From positions 1 through 10,962 of the forward strand of contig JBGCFM010000207.1 of the NCBI GenBank assembly GCA_045106895.1: a stretch of DNA of 10,962 nt. Reading direction: 5' to 3'. The DNA comes from Polyangiales bacterium. Lineage in GTDB: Bacteria; Myxococcota_A; Polyangia; Polyangiales; Houyiibacteriaceae. Shown piece after piece: positions 7,110-10,962 of this stretch; within the stretch, counting starts at the first letter, position 1; each line of letters opens with the position of its first letter. Both the position numbers and the translations under genes were made by a program. The notes under the pieces were generated by a model, which was given only the letters and a program-made list of their open reading frames with translations, made no database searches and was not told the DNA's origin.

Positions 7110-7907
7110 ATGTCACGATCAGTAGAAGTCCCAGGCCTGTTGTTGCTGACGTGCGCGCTCGTCGGATTTGGACCCTGCGGAGATGAAGAACCCGCTGCCG
7201 CCATCGCGCCTGGGACGCCTAGCGGAGCGCCTGTGGCTGCTGCGCCGGGCGCGCCAGCTGTACCTGCTGCCCCAGCTGTACCTGCTGGGCCAGCGACGTT
7301 GGTCGTCGGAGCGCCGCCGGCAACGTTGGCGATCCCCGCTGCCCCATCCTTTAACTTCACCATTCCCGCGGCGGGCGAGTACCAGATCGACGTCATGGGC
7401 CAACCGATGGATGCCAAGATTCTTCTCTACCAGGGAGATGAACACATCGAGACGGACGACGACGGGGGTGATGGAACCAACGCGCGCATCGTACGCTTCT
7501 TGGCGCCTGCGACTTACTCGCTCCGCATTCATGAACTCCGCGGGCGAGCTGCCACGGTACAGGTCACCGCTGCTCTCCTCCCGCCGATGCCCTCGGCGGG
7601 CGTGGTCACGCCGGAAGCCCCGCTCACCGTCAACGTGCCCGGGGGCTCGGACGACCGCTCAGCGTGTGCAGAAGTCACGCTAACCATCGCGCAAGCTGGC
7701 AACTACACCATCGACGCCATCGGTGTCGGGGAACTCGACGCGAAAATGCAGTTGATTCACAACATGGCTCAGATCGCGGCCAACGACGACGGCGGCGAGG
7801 GAAACAACGCTCAAATCCGGCGCCAGCTCGCTGCGGGCACCTACCAGATTCGGGTCTTCGACTTCCGTAAACGCTCGGGCCAGATCACGGTGCGAGTGTC
7901 GCAGTAA
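7110..7907 (+). CDS. Exported (possibly lipo)protein with Pro/Ala linker and two pre-peptidase C-terminal (PPC/DVUA0089-like) beta-sandwich domains, 265 aa
   Basis: Hydrophobic N-terminus (LLLLTCALVGFGPC) and a PAVPAA linker, with CCAGCTGTACCTGCTG repeated at 7254-7269 and 7272-7287. Two homologous domains: AGEYQIDV..DAKILL..DDDGGDGTNARI..LAPATYSLRI and AGNYTIDA..DAKMQL..NDDGGEGNNAQI..LAAGTYQIRV. Confidence 0.88.
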   Translation: MSRSVEVPGLLLLTCALVGFGPCGDEEPAAAIAPGTPSGAPVAAAPGAPAVPAAPAVPAGPATLVVGAPPATLAIPAAPSFNFTIPAAGEYQIDVMGQPMDAKILLYQGDEHIETDDDGGDGTNARIVRFLAPATYSLRIHELRGRAATVQVTAALLPPMPSAGVVTPEAPLTVNVPGGSDDRSACAEVTLTIAQAGNYTIDAIGVGELDAKMQLIHNMAQIAANDDGGEGNNAQIRRQLAAGTYQIRVFDFRKRSGQITVRVSQ

Positions 7908-7930
7908 GCTACCCGGTTAGCTGGTAATTC

Positions 7931-7971
7931 GAGGACACCCACTACAGCGGTTCATAAAAGTGGATGTCCTC
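7931..7971. repeat. Inverted repeat / hairpin downstream of the PPC gene (REP-like, may also act as a terminator)
   Basis: GAGGACACCCACT (7931-7943) pairs with AGTGGATGTCCTC (7959-7971) at 12/13, with a 15-nt loop. No U-tract follows. Confidence 0.75.
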
Positions 7972-8018
7972 AAAGGGAGCCAGGTCACTTGCAACTCCGC
8001 GTCACGTACAGTCGGTTA

Positions 8019-8267
8019 GTGCCTAGCACCACCGCTCAAATTCTCGCGTTTGTACTTTGCTGTTCCTGCTCGCAAGAACAACGGGTGACTCTGGACACGC
8101 GTCAGGCTGAAGCCCTTAGTGACGGCGAACTCTGGGAGACCATCAATAGGACTCAGGACCAACTGGAAAGCGGCGACTACGCTGGTGCGGGCCGCTCCGT
8201 CGCCACGATCACGGATCGCTTCGTATCCGTCGGCGCTAGCTACCGCGAAGCGACCCTCGGCTCATAG
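8019..8267 (+). CDS. Small hypothetical protein, possible lipoprotein (may be frameshifted at the 3' end)
   Basis: GTG 8019 (or TTG 7989) gives MPSTTAQILAFVLCCSC followed by the helical-looking EALSDGELWETINRTQDQLESGDYAGAGR. No recognised family. Confidence 0.5.
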   Translation: MPSTTAQILAFVLCCSCSQEQRVTLDTRQAEALSDGELWETINRTQDQLESGDYAGAGRSVATITDRFVSVGASYREATLGS

Positions 8268-8343
8268 ATACGGAGGAACTCGTCCGTGAGCTCGGTGACG
8301 GGCCACTCTAGTCGCTCATCCACACCTCTGGTTCGTGAAGGCA

Positions 8344-8359
8344 CGAGGACACCCACTTT
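8344..8359. repeat. Third copy of the GAGGACACCCACT motif
   Basis: CGAGGACACCCACT (8344-8357) is identical to 7930-7943. 8345-8359 matches the reverse complement of 7957-7971 at 14/15. Confidence 0.75.
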
Positions 8360-8433
8360 AGTAGCAAGCAAAAGTCGCGAGGTCGCCCAACCTAAGGGGC
8401 AACTCCGCGGCCCCTCGACCTGGCGCACCCTCT

Positions 8434-8991
8434 TCAAGCTTGGTGAAGGGCTTGGACGACGAGAGCGGTTTCGCCGGGGGTGAGACCTTCGAAGACTCGG
8501 ACGCTTTCGTCTGCGTCTGTGCTCAGCTCGATGGCGTTGCCTGTTTTGCTTTCGACGACGCGAACGTTTCGTCGGCAGTTGGTTTGCCCGCGAAGTGTGC
8601 AGTTGAGGGTCTGCTCTCGCCGAATACGCGGCGCGAGGCAGCGTAAGCGGAGTTCGCCGAGAATCCTGCTTGTGGTCTTCTTAGCGCGGAATCCGAAGTG
8701 AAGAGTCCCGACGGAGATTCCCGCGGCGATGGGCGCAACGAGCAAAACCCAGGGGTCGCTCTGAGCGACCAAGGCCAGCACCACGGGAGCCAAGGCGACA
8801 GGAGTGATGACCATCGCGATCACGCACGCGGCGCGAAGAGCCGAGTCGGCGAGCTCGAGGAGCATAGACGCCGCTCCGGGCTTCAGGCGCGGCACGCGTC
8901 GCTGCGCCACGGAGATTCTCGCGTCAACGACCATCCCGCGGTAGTCCCTCGCTTGGCGTTCGACCCTGACCGAGCGTGTCGCGTCGTCCAT
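8434..8991 (-). CDS. Hypothetical membrane protein with two predicted TM segments, 185 aa
   Basis: ATG start. Hydrophobic stretches AACVIAMVITPVALAPVVLALVA and WVLLVAPIAAGISVGTLHFGF, followed by basic RAKK and a soluble C-terminal region. No family recognised. Confidence 0.6.
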   Translation of the reverse strand: MDDATRSVRVERQARDYRGMVVDARISVAQRRVPRLKPGAASMLLELADSALRAACVIAMVITPVALAPVVLALVAQSDPWVLLVAPIAAGISVGTLHFGFRAKKTTSRILGELRLRCLAPRIRREQTLNCTLRGQTNCRRNVRVVESKTGNAIELSTDADESVRVFEGLTPGETALVVQALHQA

Positions 8992-9112
8992 GCCTCAGAA
9001 CTAGGGTGAATACGGAGGCCGGACAAGACTCGTTGCCCGTTGCAGGCCTACGTCGCGCGGCGGTTCGCGCAAAGGACATCCTGGCATCGACAAAGCGAAA
9101 CCACACGCCGGC

Positions 9113-9343
9113 CTAAAGGTGTGCGTGCGGGTCGTCCTTTTCGTTGATGCAGAAGCCGCACTTCGGCAGCTTGCGTTCGAACACGGAGGGTCGGAAGCCC
9201 GGCGACGCGTCGATTTCCAGTTCGCGGAGATCGCTCCACGCCGAGAGGTCCTCGCGCTCGAGGCTTTCTCCCAGCAAGTCCCAGCGGATATCGAAGCGCG
9301 ACCCACCGGGTGGACGGTGACGTGCACCCGGAACAATTGACAT
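9113..9343 (-). CDS. Small hypothetical ORF or gene remnant (76 aa) whose first 25 codons come from the 78-bp repeat
   Basis: The 51 codons after the repeat have G/C at the third position in 42/51 cases (counted), so this strand and frame look coding. The ATG lies inside repeat copy 1. Confidence 0.5.
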   Translation of the reverse strand: MSIVPGARHRPPGGSRFDIRWDLLGESLEREDLSAWSDLRELEIDASPGFRPSVFERKLPKCGFCINEKDDPHAHL

Positions 9344-9582
9344 AAGCTTGGCGCGACATTCGAGTCATCCGCGCGTGGCGCATGCTATGTCGTCGACCGC
9401 TCTCACGCGGCTCCGCTTCCTGTTCTACGACGACATCTGCTTCCGGTTCCGCTGCGGCGGGTTCGACGGGAGCCGATTCCGGTGTACTCTTCGCAGGGCC
9501 GCGCCCCAGCAAGTCCCAGCGGACATCGAAGCGCGACCCACCGGGTGGACGGTGACGTGCACCCGCAAGGATTGACGTAAGC
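9270..9582. repeat. 78-bp direct repeat, two copies (9270-9347 and 9505-9582), 157-bp unique spacer
   Basis: CCCAGCAAGTCCCAGCGGA[T/C]ATCGAAGCGCGACCCACCGGGTGGACGGTGACGTGCACCCG[G/C]AA[CA/GG]ATTGAC[A/G]TAAGC; 73/78 identical. Confidence 0.95.
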
Positions 9583-9587
9583 GTCTG

Positions 9588-10151
9588 ATGGAGAATGGGC
9601 CCTTGGGCATGAGCGATGTTCTGTTGCGAATGGAGAGAATCGACCTCGAAGATCCTCGCCAGAGAGAGGCTCTCCGACGTGGGCGAGAGGCTATTGAGAC
9701 ACACGCGTTAGATCGTTCTGAGTTTGATGACGCCGCTGCTCTTGTTGGCAACGACCTCCTCTACATGCCGTGCGGCTTCATCGGCAGCGTGGGAGCACTC
9801 TTTGTTCCGTCAAGCTCTCAGTACATACAGCTAGGCTCCTACACGAGTGTCGATAACTTCATCTGGGCGTACCGCCGCGGAGTGAATCTCAGCGGTGCGA
9901 GAGGGAGGTTGGGTTCAAACACGCTCGTCGTTCAATCCGTCGCTTTCCTTGGGGAGGCCGTTGAGCATCTCTCCGACATATTTCGACAAACTCCTCAGCC
10001 CGACTTGGCAGAGCGGCTAGCGAACCTTCCCGCCGTCTTTGACGAAGTGGACCTCTACTTCAGCATCCGGCAGCTTCGCTCCATCGAAGAGTCGGGCATA
10101 TGCCAGTTCGAAATCGAAGCCACGGCACCCGTGAGCGAGAAGCCGCTCTAG
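9588..10151 (+). CDS. Hypothetical protein, up to 187 aa
   Basis: Long ORF with globular, protein-like composition (LLYMPCGFIGSVGALF, QLGSYTSVDNFIWAYRRG, LANLPAVFDEVDLYFSIRQL). The true start may be ATG 9609 or 9630. No family recognised. Confidence 0.7.
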   Translation: MENGPLGMSDVLLRMERIDLEDPRQREALRRGREAIETHALDRSEFDDAAALVGNDLLYMPCGFIGSVGALFVPSSSQYIQLGSYTSVDNFIWAYRRGVNLSGARGRLGSNTLVVQSVAFLGEAVEHLSDIFRQTPQPDLAERLANLPAVFDEVDLYFSIRQLRSIEESGICQFEIEATAPVSEKPL

Positions 10152-10469
10152 CGGAGATTCGTTGCTTTTTGGCAGCGCTGCAACACCTCGAACGGTGGTG
10201 CCGGCCGCGACAATTCACACCACCGTCACGAGACGCCCCACGACCGTCGAGCGCGCTCACGATCGAGCAGTGGAACGGGAAGTTCGAGCGGCGTCCCGTC
10301 CTGGACTCAGAGCGAGCACTCCGGATGGACTTCAGGGGGGAAGGTGCGGGCGAGGCCTGTCGTTGCGCCCTCACGTGCGAGACTCCGCCGAGGAGGACCG
10401 GAAGGAAACCGAGCGAGCCGCAACTTCGGAGAGATCCCAAGAGTCGAAAGAATAGACTACTGTTCGCAG

Positions 10470-10962
10470 GTGTCGCTCGCTACCAAGCCGCTGCATCTTG
10501 CGATGCTCGTCCTCTGTGGTTGCAACTGTGAGTCGTCAGGCCATTCCGAAGAGGACGCGGAGCGCGACACGCATTGGGCCGAGCTCTCGTTTTGCCTGAG
10601 CGGGACTGAGACTCCGGCGCCGGAGAGGATCGCGCGCATCACCCTCGCGGCGGAGCTCGAAGACGTGGAGGGGTTGGAGGTTCCAGCGTTGCCGCAGTCG
10701 GGAGCGATGGGAGTGCCTTTGGACGAGCGGGGGCCCGATCGGCGGCGCTGGCCGACGCGATGCGGGCCGTATGCGCACGCGCTGGAGGAGAGCTTGGAAG
10801 GCGCGCCAGCGGAACGGGCCGCCCAGGAGGTGACGAGCGCGCTCCGTCGCGGGGAGGTCGACTCTGCGCTCTACTTGCTCGCTGAGTATGCGCGTACCTG
10901 GCATGCCGTGACCGCCGTCGGAGTGACCCCACCACCGGCCCCCGCCGCACCTCTCGCGCGCG
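10470..10962 (+). CDS. 5' part of a probable lipoprotein, open to the window end (absent from the ORF track)
   Basis: My translation from GTG 10470 is MSLATKPLHLAMLVLCGCNCESSGHSEEDAERDTHWAELSFCLSG...RRWPTRCGPYAHALEESL...TPPPAPAAPLAR, with no stop in 164 codons. It has a lipobox-like LCGC and GC-rich third positions. Confidence 0.75.
   Translation, partial: MSLATKPLHLAMLVLCGCNCESSGHSEEDAERDTHWAELSFCLSGTETPAPERIARITLAAELEDVEGLEVPALPQSGAMGVPLDERGPDRRRWPTRCGPYAHALEESLEGAPAERAAQEVTSALRRGEVDSALYLLAEYARTWHAVTAVGVTPPPAPAAPLAR

Noticed and set aside
8406..8430. Further degenerate copy of the palindromic motif (CGCGGCCCCTCGACCTGG...GCACCC)
   Set aside because: The palindrome is not preserved and CCTCGAC-type words are common in GC-rich DNA; not counted.
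9119..9340. Plus-strand 73-aa ORF (and 9348..9575) as real genes
   Set aside because: Outside the repeat, the in-register minus frame has the stronger coding signature (GC3 42/51), so the plus ORF looks like its antisense shadow. Ambiguity remains within the repeat.
9337..9342. Perfect TTGACA -35 box in repeat copy 1 (TTGACG in copy 2)
   Set aside because: No recognisable -10 hexamer at 16-18 bp spacing in either copy.
9270..9582. Diversity-generating retroelement TR/VR pair
   Set aside because: The five differences (T/C, G/C, C/G, A/G, A/G) are not confined to adenines on either strand, and there is no reverse transcriptase in the window.
10060..10950. Track ORFs 10060..10440, 10100..10531, 10162..10455, 10536..10904 and 10639..10950
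   Set aside because: Arg/Pro/Ser-rich shadow-frame composition; the plus-strand ORF from 10470 explains the right part.

Overview
GC-rich bacterial window; the gene content (DUF1592/DUF1552 pair, PPC-repeat and small Cys-lipobox proteins) suggests a myxobacterium-like organism, which is an inference. A conserved-looking core spans 1929-7907. On the minus strand it has DUF1592-family lipoprotein -> Tat-exported DUF1552 protein -> aldonolactone (ALO/GULO-type) FAD oxidase. Divergently on the plus strand it has an OsmC/Ohr-family peroxiredoxin and a tandem-PPC-domain exported protein. Both flanks hold small accessory or hypothetical genes: an LRV-repeat protein, a low-GC zinc-ribbon protein, a small lipoprotein, a 2-TM protein, a 187-aa hypothetical and a lipoprotein running off the right end. 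The most unusual signal is non-coding. A short palindromic motif family (CGCGACC..ACC-G-GGT[T/G]G) lies at each gene boundary of the left accessory block and inside a 78-bp direct repeat at 9270/9505, where the palindrome carries a compensatory change (CAACC-G-GGTTG vs CCACC-G-GGTGG). A second inverted-repeat family (GAGGACA[C/T]CCACT) brackets a small ORF at about 8 kb. This resembles a REP-like, repeat-delimited cassette architecture, but no transposase or recombinase is in the window, so any mechanism is hypothetical.
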